NCBI GenBank assembly: GCA_016930795.1 | Contig: JAFGFY010000004.1 | Coordinates: 16,421-80,420, forward strand | Source: Deltaproteobacteria bacterium | Lineage (GTDB): Bacteria > Desulfobacterota > DSM-4660 > Desulfatiglandales > HGW-15 | Direction of reading: 5' to 3' | Length of the DNA stretch: 64,000 nucleotides | In this document: positions 7,722 to 16,644 of the stretch, one piece after another | How the letters are laid out: every line of letters starts with the position of its first letter | How positions within the stretch are numbered: the stretch's first letter is position 1 | The notes under the pieces: generated by a model | Database searches by the model: none | The model's input: only the letters and a program-made list of their open reading frames with translations | What the model was told of the DNA's origin: nothing | Made by a program: the position numbers and the translations under genes

Positions 7722-9485
7722 ATGAGGCCCATTATGTTTTTCAGCATCTGCCTGTATACTGCTCTGAGCATATTCCTTCTCGGCCTTTTTTGGAAAATTT
7801 CCACTTGGTTCCGTTATAGTGTCGGACCCGGATCCCGAGAGATCAAAACCTCAAAAAGGCTTTTTGCAGCCATTAAAGGAAGCATTCTTACCATATTAAG
7901 CCCAAAAGTCCTGACTCTTCTAAAAGTCTTTGTTTTGGATGTCCTTTTTCAGAGAAGGATATTTATAGAAAGTCGTCTCCGGTGGCTCATGCACATGTGC
8001 ATATACGGCGGATTCATGCTGTTGCTCCTCATGCATGCCCTTGAACATTTCATTACCATCACTCTCTTTCCGGACTATGCTTCTACACTCAATCCTTTTC
8101 TCTTTCTGAGGACCCTCTTTGGTCTCATTGTCATGCTTGGATTGGGGATCTCTTTTTACAGGCGCCACATCCTGAAGATCCCTCGTCTCATCAATAATGC
8201 CATGGATCATTACATGGTGATTATCCTCGCTGTTATCATGATCTCCGGTTTTCTGCTGGAGGGGACTAAGATTGTATCTCACACCAGATATCAAGAGATG
8301 GTGGAAGACTGGTCGGACGTGGATGATGAAGAATCGTTTGAGGCATTGGAAAGCTATTGGGTTGAGAAGTTCGGTGTTGTTTCGCCTGATTTAGAGGGGC
8401 CCTTTGATGAAGAGACCCTTGACCTGGGCAAAGAATTGCATGAGACGAATTGTGAGGCCTGTCATTCCAGACCTCAGTGGGCGTTTATAAGCTATGGGGT
8501 CGCGAAGATCGTATCGCCTCTCGCCGTTTCAATGGATAAGGCCGATGTTCACACGATTCTGTGGTCCCTGCATTTCCTGGCCTGTTTTGTAGGCTTGGCT
8601 TATCTTCCTTTCAGCAGGATGTTTCATATTATTGCCGGTCCCCTGAGTCTGCTTGCAAATTCTGTAATGGACAGAAAAAGATCAGACCGCGCCAATATAG
8701 CCACGAGGCAGGTGATGGAAATGGACGCCTGCACGCACTGCGGGGCATGCAGTTTGCATTGTTCTGTGGGTGTCCTATTCGAACAGATGCAGAACGTAAA
8801 CATCCTTCCGTCTGAAAAAATGGCATCCGTAAAAAGATTCACAGCAAATAGGACAGCCAAAGAAGGGGACATAAAGCATATTCAGGAGGGGCTCTATCTG
8901 TGTACCAATTGTTGCAAATGCACCTTGGTCTGCCCGGTTGGCATCAATCTCCAAGATCTGTGGTTCGACATGAGAGAGACCTTTATTCAAGATGGCCATC
9001 CGGAGGTGTTCACCCTTTCTACACTCTCATTCTATCGCGGGTTGAGGAAAGATGAGTTGAATGAAAAGGATTATGAAAAACCCTTGCAGCAGGCCAGCCA
9101 AGCCCTGGCTGAGGAGTGCGGTTTATTTGATTCGGTGGATACGCCCATAGATCTTGGAAGTCTGGACGAGAGTTTTGAGAAGGATCTGCGAACATCAGCT
9201 CAAGGAAGCACCTTTTCCTTTTGTTTTACCTGTACAACCTGTACGAGTGCCTGTCCCGTGGCATTGAATTACGATGACCCCCCGAATGTCCTCGGGCTGA
9301 CTCCTCACCAAATTATGCGCGCCACCGCCATTGGGCTCCCTGATCTTATTTTTCGCTCAAAAATGCTTTGGACCTGCCTGGGTTGTTATCAGTGCCAGGA
9401 GGCCTGTCCTCAAGGGGTTCGTGTCACAGATATCCTTTATGCATTGAAGAATATGGCCATAAGGCGAGTTAAAGAGAAGACATAA
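7722..9485 (+). CDS. Membrane redox protein: NarI/HdrE-like cytochrome b domain + CxxCH loop + two HdrC-like Fe-S domains
   Basis: About five hydrophobic segments with His pairs (WLMHMC...LMHAL; SLHFL...MFHII), NCEACHS, and four CxxCxxCxxxC motifs (CTHCGACSLHC, CTNCCKCTLVC, CFTCTTCTSAC, CLGCYQCQEAC). Confidence 0.8.
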   Translation: MRPIMFFSICLYTALSIFLLGLFWKISTWFRYSVGPGSREIKTSKRLFAAIKGSILTILSPKVLTLLKVFVLDVLFQRRIFIESRLRWLMHMCIYGGFMLLLLMHALEHFITITLFPDYASTLNPFLFLRTLFGLIVMLGLGISFYRRHILKIPRLINNAMDHYMVIILAVIMISGFLLEGTKIVSHTRYQEMVEDWSDVDDEESFEALESYWVEKFGVVSPDLEGPFDEETLDLGKELHETNCEACHSRPQWAFISYGVAKIVSPLAVSMDKADVHTILWSLHFLACFVGLAYLPFSRMFHIIAGPLSLLANSVMDRKRSDRANIATRQVMEMDACTHCGACSLHCSVGVLFEQMQNVNILPSEKMASVKRFTANRTAKEGDIKHIQEGLYLCTNCCKCTLVCPVGINLQDLWFDMRETFIQDGHPEVFTLSTLSFYRGLRKDELNEKDYEKPLQQASQALAEECGLFDSVDTPIDLGSLDESFEKDLRTSAQGSTFSFCFTCTTCTSACPVALNYDDPPNVLGLTPHQIMRATAIGLPDLIFRSKMLWTCLGCYQCQEACPQGVRVTDILYALKNMAIRRVKEKT

Positions 9486-9510
9486 AGCCTTCTAACCGGA
9501 GATTAGTATC

Positions 9511-10413
9511 ATGGATTTTGCCATACAACGTTGCTGTGTAACACCTATGTATCTGAAATCATACGATAGCTCAACGGATGCGGTCCTGAGGGCACTTGGT
9601 ATAGGATTTGTGGACATCAAGGGGTTCAACTGTTGCGGGTACCCTTTGAAGGATATTGACCTAAAGGCCTTCGTTCTCGCTTCGGCAAGAAATCTGTGTC
9701 TGGCTGAAAAAAGCGACCTCAATGTCATGACATTCTGTAACTGCTGTTACGAGAGCCTGAAAGAGGCGAATCATCTCTTAAGAGAGGATGAGTCCATAAA
9801 GAGGGGCATCAATGAGAAATTGATGAAGGAAGACTTGAAGTATGGTGGTTCCACGAAGGTGAGGCATCTGCTGGAGGTACTCTACAATGATGTGGGCTTA
9901 GAGGCCTTAAAAGAAAAAGTGACCATGCCCTTCAAAGGCTTGAAGATCGCAGTACATTATGGCTGCCATATTCTGCGCCCAAGGCAACTGGTCCAATTCG
10001 ATGATCCTGGAACGGCTAAGGTGTTTGATCAACTGGTACAGATTACAGGAGCGGAGATTGTTCCCTGGGAAGCGCAGCTCGACTGCTGCGGGGCCCCCGT
10101 GTGGGGAATAGATGATGATCTTTCCATGGATCTGACTCAGAAAAAGATTAGGGATGCCCGTCAGTCCGGCGCCGATTTTATATGTGTGGCCTGTGCCTAT
10201 TGTCAGCTTCAGTTCGATAGAGTTCAGAGGATGCTTCTTTCCAAGAGAGGAGAAGACAAGGGTCTCCCTTCGATCCTTTTTACACAGCTCCTTGGTTTGA
10301 GCTTAGGCGTAGATTCAAAGGCCCTTGGAATTGACCAAAACGAACTGGATGCGATGGGGATTAAACATTTTCTATCCTCCGAAGAATCCCCCATCCAATT
10401 AAGTGTTGTTTAA
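9511..10413 (+). CDS. hdrB: Second HdrB-family CCG-domain subunit
   Basis: FNCCGYP, FCNCCY, VHYGCH, DCCGAP, ACAYCQLQFD. Confidence 0.88.
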   Translation: MDFAIQRCCVTPMYLKSYDSSTDAVLRALGIGFVDIKGFNCCGYPLKDIDLKAFVLASARNLCLAEKSDLNVMTFCNCCYESLKEANHLLREDESIKRGINEKLMKEDLKYGGSTKVRHLLEVLYNDVGLEALKEKVTMPFKGLKIAVHYGCHILRPRQLVQFDDPGTAKVFDQLVQITGAEIVPWEAQLDCCGAPVWGIDDDLSMDLTQKKIRDARQSGADFICVACAYCQLQFDRVQRMLLSKRGEDKGLPSILFTQLLGLSLGVDSKALGIDQNELDAMGIKHFLSSEESPIQLSVV

Positions 10414-10838
10414 CTTATTGAAATATAAATAAAAAACTTAGCATATGAGTCCGGACCGATTTCGCACCGCTTATGTGCTGCGATTCTTCCGACTCAGAAA
10501 GTTCTAAGGGCTTTTTGTGGACTTTCTTATGTATAGATTTTCACATAAGTGAAAAAGCCTTTCTCGATAGTGACAAGGTTGTTCCACGAATTATTTCCCG
10601 CCCGAGGTCCTGTCTTTTTTTAATATGTTGAAATATAAAGAAAATCAAGTGGCAGGGCGGTTTGGTATTTTTTTTGCAGAATTTTTGTGCTATAATTGTA
10701 TACATAATTTGAGTCTAATCGCTTTTTTTGATGGGCACTTACAGGATGAAGAAACGGATCGAAACCGAGTAAAAGGCGTCTTCTTCATGCCGAATTGCTG
10801 AGCGGATTGAAGATATTCTGACGGAGGATAAGACCAAA

Positions 10839-11237
10839 ATGGATGTCAGCGTTATAATGAAGAAAGACCGCAAGGCCCAACATTATAATATTGACAGTGA
10901 TATCGTCACCATTGGAAGGTCTTCTGAGAATGATATTCAGATTTCTGATAAGTATATTTCCCGTGAGCACCTGAGAATACGGCAGAAGGGCGACAAGTTT
11001 TTCGTAAGAGACTTAGGGAGTGAAAATGGGACGTTTGTTAATGGGATTCAAATACCCTTGGGTATTAATATAGAAGTGGCAAAAGGGACGGCCATTATTA
11101 CCGGTATGAGTGTAATCTTCCTCGGTGAAGGGGATTCCGGGCATGTTTTTGCCTTTCTTGAATCGATTGGTCCCGGCGAGCAGAGCAGGGATGAGACGGG
11201 GACAATCATCCTGAGTGATACCCTCCATCCTGAGTGA
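10839..11237 (+). CDS. Stand-alone FHA-domain protein
   Basis: TIGRS, ISREH, DLGSENGTFVNG FHA motifs; RBS GGAGG upstream. Confidence 0.85.
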   Translation: MDVSVIMKKDRKAQHYNIDSDIVTIGRSSENDIQISDKYISREHLRIRQKGDKFFVRDLGSENGTFVNGIQIPLGINIEVAKGTAIITGMSVIFLGEGDSGHVFAFLESIGPGEQSRDETGTIILSDTLHPE

Positions 11238-11693
11238 TCCAATCCAGTGAGTTTTCCTCGACCAAAAGAGCCTTTCTGATTATCTTCCTTTGACAGCCAT
11301 ATAGTTGACCTGCCTGCATGGCTTTTCTTTCAGAGATTTGCCGACAGAATTTTTGAAAGCCTTTCGAAATTTACTCGAGATACCGGCTCATGGTTCATGA
11401 GATGCCTTTGGAACGAAAATTCTCCTTAATAAAGAGGCCGTTAGGGGGGGTGAAGCTGAAGTTGTACATAAGGATATACTGGAGGTAGGGCGCTAAGTTA
11501 TGCCAAACGTGATCAACATCTTGTGCATTTGTCAGCGTTGATATTCAATATTTGGGTTAATTGGCGACTTTTTGATAAATTGTGATAATAATATTGACAA
11601 TTATGTATATATTGTTGTATTTTAAGTATAACTTATTTGATTGAGACCCTTGCGCCTCTATTATACGGAGCTCAATAGCCCCATGACCATGAT

Positions 11694-12005
11694 TTGAGAA
11701 GTAAGATTCGAGGATTTATGAAAGACAAAGGCGAGTATCACAGTGTGGAATTCTCTGTAGAGGGCCTGCCCGTCGCATATCAGTTCAGGCTTTGGAACAA
11801 CAACTCAAAGGAAATGTCCATTCTTGTTCGTGAGGACTCTGCCATTTTGCCTCGTTTGAAAGTGGGAGACAGATTGAAGATGGAATATTACCCTACTGAT
11901 CCGCGTCGTCCTAAAGTGGGAAGAGAGACAGCTATTACAGAGATCGCGAGGGATAAACAAGGGAAGTATAACGGGCACACTGTCGTGGGTCTTGAGATTC
12001 TATGA
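11694..12005 (+). CDS. Small hypothetical protein, possible degenerate PilZ-like beta-barrel
   Basis: RSKIR (RxxxR) near N-terminus, WNNNSKEM where (D/N)xSxxG would lie, C-terminal VVGLEI; start codon uncertain (TTG 11694 or ATG 11718). Confidence 0.5.
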   Translation: MRSKIRGFMKDKGEYHSVEFSVEGLPVAYQFRLWNNNSKEMSILVREDSAILPRLKVGDRLKMEYYPTDPRRPKVGRETAITEIARDKQGKYNGHTVVGLEIL

Positions 12006-12243
12006 ACCCACCAAGAAAAAACGTCTCTTGCGCATCCAAGTCCTTTTCTCTCTTTTAAAATCCTGCCCTGATTTGATTGCCACTTAGGAAAAACCTTACC
12101 CTATTTCCATACAATGAGTCCGAATAGCTGACAGCAAGCATCGTATGACACTCCTCCTTGACTTTTGTCACTGGAAACATATGATACCGGCAAAATGGCG
12201 GGCCAGTTTCTTCTCTGAGTAATCCAAGGGATAGGGTGAACGG

Positions 12244-12525
12244 GTGCAGACCAAACGTCAGGAGATGATCGGTATCCTATGCGAAGAGGTAATGAGCGCC
12301 AGAGACCTTTCCCAAACCCTGGGGATCCGCGAAAAGGAGGTCTATGAACACCTTCCTCACATTGCGCGTTCATTGATTCCCCAGAGGAAAAAACTTGTTG
12401 TTCTCCCTTTCCGCTGCTTGGAGTGTGGGCACGTGTTTGAGGAGCGAAAGCGTTTTACCCGCCCGGGTCGTTGCCCTTACTGCAAGAAGTCGCATATTGA
12501 GAGGCCGACGTATCGTATTGTTTAA
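12244..12525 (+). CDS. Predicted HTH + Zn-ribbon transcriptional regulator
   Basis: N-terminal HTH-like SARDLSQTLGIREKEVYEHL; CLECG and CPYC zinc knuckles. Confidence 0.75.
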   Translation: MQTKRQEMIGILCEEVMSARDLSQTLGIREKEVYEHLPHIARSLIPQRKKLVVLPFRCLECGHVFEERKRFTRPGRCPYCKKSHIERPTYRIV

Positions 12526-12546
12526 AGGAATGAAGCCATTCCGGTT

Positions 12547-13731
12547 TTGGATGGAGATTTGAGGCGCAAGGTGAATACCAGCGAAGTAACCCGATTAAGT
12601 TACGAGAATAAAAAAATCATACTCATCGGCACAGCCCATGTATCCCGGCAGAGTGCCGAATTGGTGAAAAATATCATAGAAGAGGTAAAACCCGATACGG
12701 TCTGCGTGGAACTATGCCAATCCAGGTATGAAACGATCACGAAAAAGAAAAAATGGCAAGAAACAGACCTTCTAATGGTCATCAGAGAAAAGAAGGCCTT
12801 CTTGCTTCTGTCAAACCTCATGCTCAGCTATTTTCAAAAGAGAATTGGGAAGAAGTTGGGCATAACCCCGGGGGAGGAAATGATGCAGGCCATCGCGTCT
12901 GCCAAGACTGTTGGGGCCGGACTACACTTGGCAGACAGGGATATCCGCATTACCCTGTCCAGGACATGGCACATGATGAGGTTGTGGACAAAGATCAAAC
13001 TGTTGGCCGGGCTTGTGACCTCAGCAGGTGATATCGGTGCAATCCAGGAGGAAGATGTCGAAGAACTGAAGAACAAGGATATGCTGACGTTTTTTCTGTC
13101 GGAGATTGGAGAATCATTGCCGGAAATAAAGCGAACCTTGATCGATGAGAGAGACGAGTATTTGACCTACAAGATCAGGAACGCCCCAGGTGAAAAGGTT
13201 GTGGCCGTAGTCGGGGCAGGACATGTACCGGGTATTCAAACCCATTGGGAGAAACCGATAGATATCAATCAACTGGAGAAGATCCCTCCAAAAGGTAAGC
13301 TCTCTCTTTTCTTCAAGTGGGGAATACCGGTTCTGATCATAGGAATTATTGTCTCGGGCTTTTTCATGGCAGGGTCGACGGCCGGCACCGATATGATCAA
13401 ATGGTGGATCCTGGCCAATGCCGTCCTGGCAGGGCTTGGAGCGGGACTCGCATTGGCTCATCCCTTGACCGTGCTCTCTGCCGTGGTCGCCTCTCCCATC
13501 ACATCCCTTAATCCCATGATTGCGGCGGGCTGGGTCGCGGGTATGGTGGAAGTCTTTCTAGGCAAACCGAAAGTGATGGATTTCGAAAGACTTCCTGAGG
13601 ATATCTCTTCCCTGAAGGGGTTTTGGAGGAACAAGGTTACACGTATTTTGCTTGTGGTGGTGTTTACGAATCTGGGGAGCAGCCTGGGAGCCTTTGTGGC
13701 CATTCCCCTCATGATGAGAGTATTCGGGTAA
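12547..13731 (+). CDS. TraB/GumN (pheromone shutdown TraB-like) family protein
   Basis: LIGTAHVS, VCVELC, LIDERDEY, VVGAGHVPGI plus C-terminal TM segments. Confidence 0.85.
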   Translation: MDGDLRRKVNTSEVTRLSYENKKIILIGTAHVSRQSAELVKNIIEEVKPDTVCVELCQSRYETITKKKKWQETDLLMVIREKKAFLLLSNLMLSYFQKRIGKKLGITPGEEMMQAIASAKTVGAGLHLADRDIRITLSRTWHMMRLWTKIKLLAGLVTSAGDIGAIQEEDVEELKNKDMLTFFLSEIGESLPEIKRTLIDERDEYLTYKIRNAPGEKVVAVVGAGHVPGIQTHWEKPIDINQLEKIPPKGKLSLFFKWGIPVLIIGIIVSGFFMAGSTAGTDMIKWWILANAVLAGLGAGLALAHPLTVLSAVVASPITSLNPMIAAGWVAGMVEVFLGKPKVMDFERLPEDISSLKGFWRNKVTRILLVVVFTNLGSSLGAFVAIPLMMRVFG

Positions 13732-13744
13732 TCCAGATCCTGGA

Positions 13745-14959
13745 TTACTGATATCTCTTCTGCTGAAAGAGCTTTTTGTTTGGTGTGGCAGAGATATAGT
13801 AAAACTTGTCCAAGGGAACGTAAATGTAGGGGACATCCTCTTTTCGACGGTAGAGAAAATGGGAGAGAATCATGCGGTTTGCAGCCCGGTGTGCGATGAT
13901 CATGATGTTTCCGGAGGGCCCGCTTAGGTAAAGCGCCTTTTTAATACCTCGCTCAATCCTCTCTTCCATTGAAATGTAACCTTCTCCTTCGGGGTAGACG
14001 TAATTGTATTTATCTTTTTTCCTGGAAAGAAAGACCTGAGGCATCTCTTCCCTGATCTCCTTATAGCTCATCCCTTCACATTGCCCGCTGTCAATTTCAT
14101 TGAACTCGGCAAAGGGGACGATTGTGCAGTTTCTTTGCCGTTCCTTGATGGGCTCCGCGGTTTGAATCGTCCTTTTCCGCTGACTGGTGAAGATAAGCGG
14201 GATGTCTTTGTTCGCGAAATACTTCGCCAAGGCCCTGGCCTGGGCCTTGCCGTTATCTGTGAGACCAGAATCGCCACCGATACGATTTTCCAGATTAAAA
14301 TAGGTTTCACCATGGCGGATGATGTGGAGGTTCTTCACCATATCCGTCACTAGGAAATCTCTTATTTGATCATATAGAGGGATCTCGTCGGAGATCTCTT
14401 CTTCAAAAATTTTCGTGTGAAGAGAATCCAAGATGACCCTGTTCTTTTCTTTTTCCAGAGGGTTGTAGATGGATTCATAATATAAAATCCGTTGATTGAA
14501 ACTGGCTATGGACTCTTCTCGACTCAGATGGGTGAATTCGGGTAGGGTTATTTTTCTGAGTAGGCTGGTATTCACAATCTCTTTGTCGTCAGTGATACAT
14601 TCAATGAAGAGTATGGGATGGTCATTGAGAAGGGTTTCAATGTATTCTCTACGTTGGAGACTGGCATTAGTCGCGTCTATGATGGCCACGGTCCCGCTTT
14701 TTTTAAGGTATCTTTTCGCCCTATTTAAATTGATCAGGGCGATTTTTTCTCTGATAGCGACGCTTTCCTTGTTCTTCGGATCATAGAACTCTGCGTAAGA
14801 TGTATTATTCGGAATCATCTTACGTCTTAGATCGCCATTGTTGAAAATCCTTGCTTTGATTGCGTCGCACCTTAGGTTGTCTCTGAGTTTGACGGCTGTG
14901 ACCGACTTGCCTCTGACAGGGAGGCCAACCATAACGATATAGAGTTTATGGTCTGTCAT
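13745..14959 (-). CDS. Bifunctional 6-phosphofructo-2-kinase/fructose-2,6-bisphosphatase-like protein
   Basis: Kinase half MVGLPVRGKS, FNNGDLRR, IIDATN, FNQRILYY; histidine-phosphatase half RHGET, RTIQTA, NEIDSGQCEGMSY, YPEGE, IAH. Confidence 0.85.
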   Translation of the reverse strand: MTDHKLYIVMVGLPVRGKSVTAVKLRDNLRCDAIKARIFNNGDLRRKMIPNNTSYAEFYDPKNKESVAIREKIALINLNRAKRYLKKSGTVAIIDATNASLQRREYIETLLNDHPILFIECITDDKEIVNTSLLRKITLPEFTHLSREESIASFNQRILYYESIYNPLEKEKNRVILDSLHTKIFEEEISDEIPLYDQIRDFLVTDMVKNLHIIRHGETYFNLENRIGGDSGLTDNGKAQARALAKYFANKDIPLIFTSQRKRTIQTAEPIKERQRNCTIVPFAEFNEIDSGQCEGMSYKEIREEMPQVFLSRKKDKYNYVYPEGEGYISMEERIERGIKKALYLSGPSGNIMIIAHRAANRMILSHFLYRRKEDVPYIYVPLDKFYYISATPNKKLFQQKRYQ

Positions 14960-15043
14960 GTGTGTTTCCTTGATAGTGACTAAAGAAGCAATACAATCAT
15001 TTGAAACGAGCGAATTGCAATAATAGAAAGATCCTTACATTTG

Positions 15044-15076
15044 GAAGATTCCCCGCGGCTTGCCGCGGGGATCTTC
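15044..15076. repeat. GC-rich palindromic element (REP/IS200-IS605-end-like hairpin)
   Basis: GAAGAT-T-CCCCGCGGC-TT-GCCGCGGGG-ATCTTC; lies between divergent genes, so it is not a terminator. Confidence 0.55.
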
Positions 15077-15201
15077 AATCAAACGATTCAGTGCGAACCA
15101 AAGGTGTTACAAACCTTCTACACTATGATAGAATGGAAGTAAATAGCCAGCCGGCGCGTCTCTCCCACAAACACTTTCTCTGCGGGCGGTCCATTTGAGA
15201 T

Positions 15202-16449
15202 ATGATACACATCAATAAGCTCTTAGTCGTTTATCTTGTCGTCTATCTTCTCAGTACTTCCTTAGGTCTGATCATAAAGTGGGTCAATGCCGGAAATCTC
15301 AGACGATATCGGGGTGAAATCCCGGCCCCTTTTCGCGGCATTATCGACGAAAAAGAGCTTGAAAGAATGGACCGCTACACGGTTGATAAGACAAACTTGT
15401 CCTATGTGGAAACGGTCATTAGCAGGGCGATCTTCCTCTTTGTCATTCTGTCCGGCCTATTGCCCTGGCTGGCTGATGTTTTGGAGGATGTCTATTTGAT
15501 ATGGGCGGGCCTCATCTTCTTTGCTGTTCCCGGGTTAATAGGGGCTGCCGCCGATCTCCCATTTGAATACTATCACCTTTTCAGGATTGAGGATAAATAT
15601 GGTTTCAACACCCTAACCCGGAAGATCTGGGTCATGGATCTTTTCAAGTCGCTGCTGATCACCCTATTCATCGGGGTTTTTCTGCTCTCCCTTCTCCTGC
15701 TGATGATCCAATATGTCGAAGGCAGTTGGTGGATCTGGGCTTGGCTTATCTTTTTTGGCTTTCAAATTCTGATGACGATAATTTATCCCACCGTTATTGC
15801 CCCTATTTTCAATAAGTTTACTCCCTTGGAAAACCGTGAACTTACAGAAAGAATTAGGCGCCTGGCAGAAAAAGAAGGATTTGCAATAAAAGGCATATTC
15901 CAGATGGATGCAGGGAAGAGGAGCCGTCATAGCAACGCGTATCTATCAGGCTTTGGAAAGACCAAAAGGATTGTGCTCTTCGACACCCTGCTGGGGTCCC
16001 ATGATGATGATGAGATCTTGGCCGTGCTTGCCCATGAGATAGGACATTTTAAGAGAAATCATATTAAGAAACAGCTCGTTATCATGGGCCTTTTTTCCCT
16101 AATCTTTTTCTATCTGATTTCATGGATGATCTCATGGGCTCCCATGTATCATGCATTTGGGTTTTCCGGAATGCCGGTCTATGTGGGACTCTTTCTTGTC
16201 GCCGTTCTCTGGGAGCCGCTGGGATTCTTTCTCTCCCCCGTATCCATGGCTGTTTCCAGGCGGTTTGAGCGAGAGGCGGACCGTTTCGCTTTCAATGTGA
16301 TGAAAAGCGCGCAACCCCTTGTGAAAGCATTAAAAAAGATGGCCAAAGACAATCTTTCCAATCTTCGACCCCACCCCCTTTACGTCCGTTTTAACCACTC
16401 TCATCCCCCTCTATTAGAGAGGATCAGGGCCCTTGAAGAGATGAGCTAG
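15202..16449 (+). CDS. M48 family (Ste24-like) membrane zinc metallopeptidase
   Basis: Multiple TM segments, SNAYLSG, LAHEIGH, SRRFEREAD, SHPPLLERI. Confidence 0.92.
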   Translation: MIHINKLLVVYLVVYLLSTSLGLIIKWVNAGNLRRYRGEIPAPFRGIIDEKELERMDRYTVDKTNLSYVETVISRAIFLFVILSGLLPWLADVLEDVYLIWAGLIFFAVPGLIGAAADLPFEYYHLFRIEDKYGFNTLTRKIWVMDLFKSLLITLFIGVFLLSLLLLMIQYVEGSWWIWAWLIFFGFQILMTIIYPTVIAPIFNKFTPLENRELTERIRRLAEKEGFAIKGIFQMDAGKRSRHSNAYLSGFGKTKRIVLFDTLLGSHDDDEILAVLAHEIGHFKRNHIKKQLVIMGLFSLIFFYLISWMISWAPMYHAFGFSGMPVYVGLFLVAVLWEPLGFFLSPVSMAVSRRFEREADRFAFNVMKSAQPLVKALKKMAKDNLSNLRPHPLYVRFNHSHPPLLERIRALEEMS

Positions 16450-16644
16450 GCCGTGTCTCTATCCCTTTTCGACAGTACCTTTAGTCATGACTTGTGTTAT
16501 TTGACAGATAGTCTATAATGATTAATTTATTCTATTGAATTTAGGCGGTTGGGAATCGCCTTCCGATGTTCCGGACGCGGGGAGGGCGAGAGAGAAAGCC
16601 TTTTCTCAACGAAAATAGATACGATTTTTGCTGGGAGGATCAAA

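Noticed and set aside
7722-9485. QmoC or DsrM
   Set aside because: Domain order is reversed relative to QmoC, DsrM has no Fe-S tail, and no qmoAB, apr or dsrKJOP genes are adjacent.
10650-10665. sigma54 promoter TGGCAG-N5-TTTGG
   Set aside because: The -12 GC is absent.
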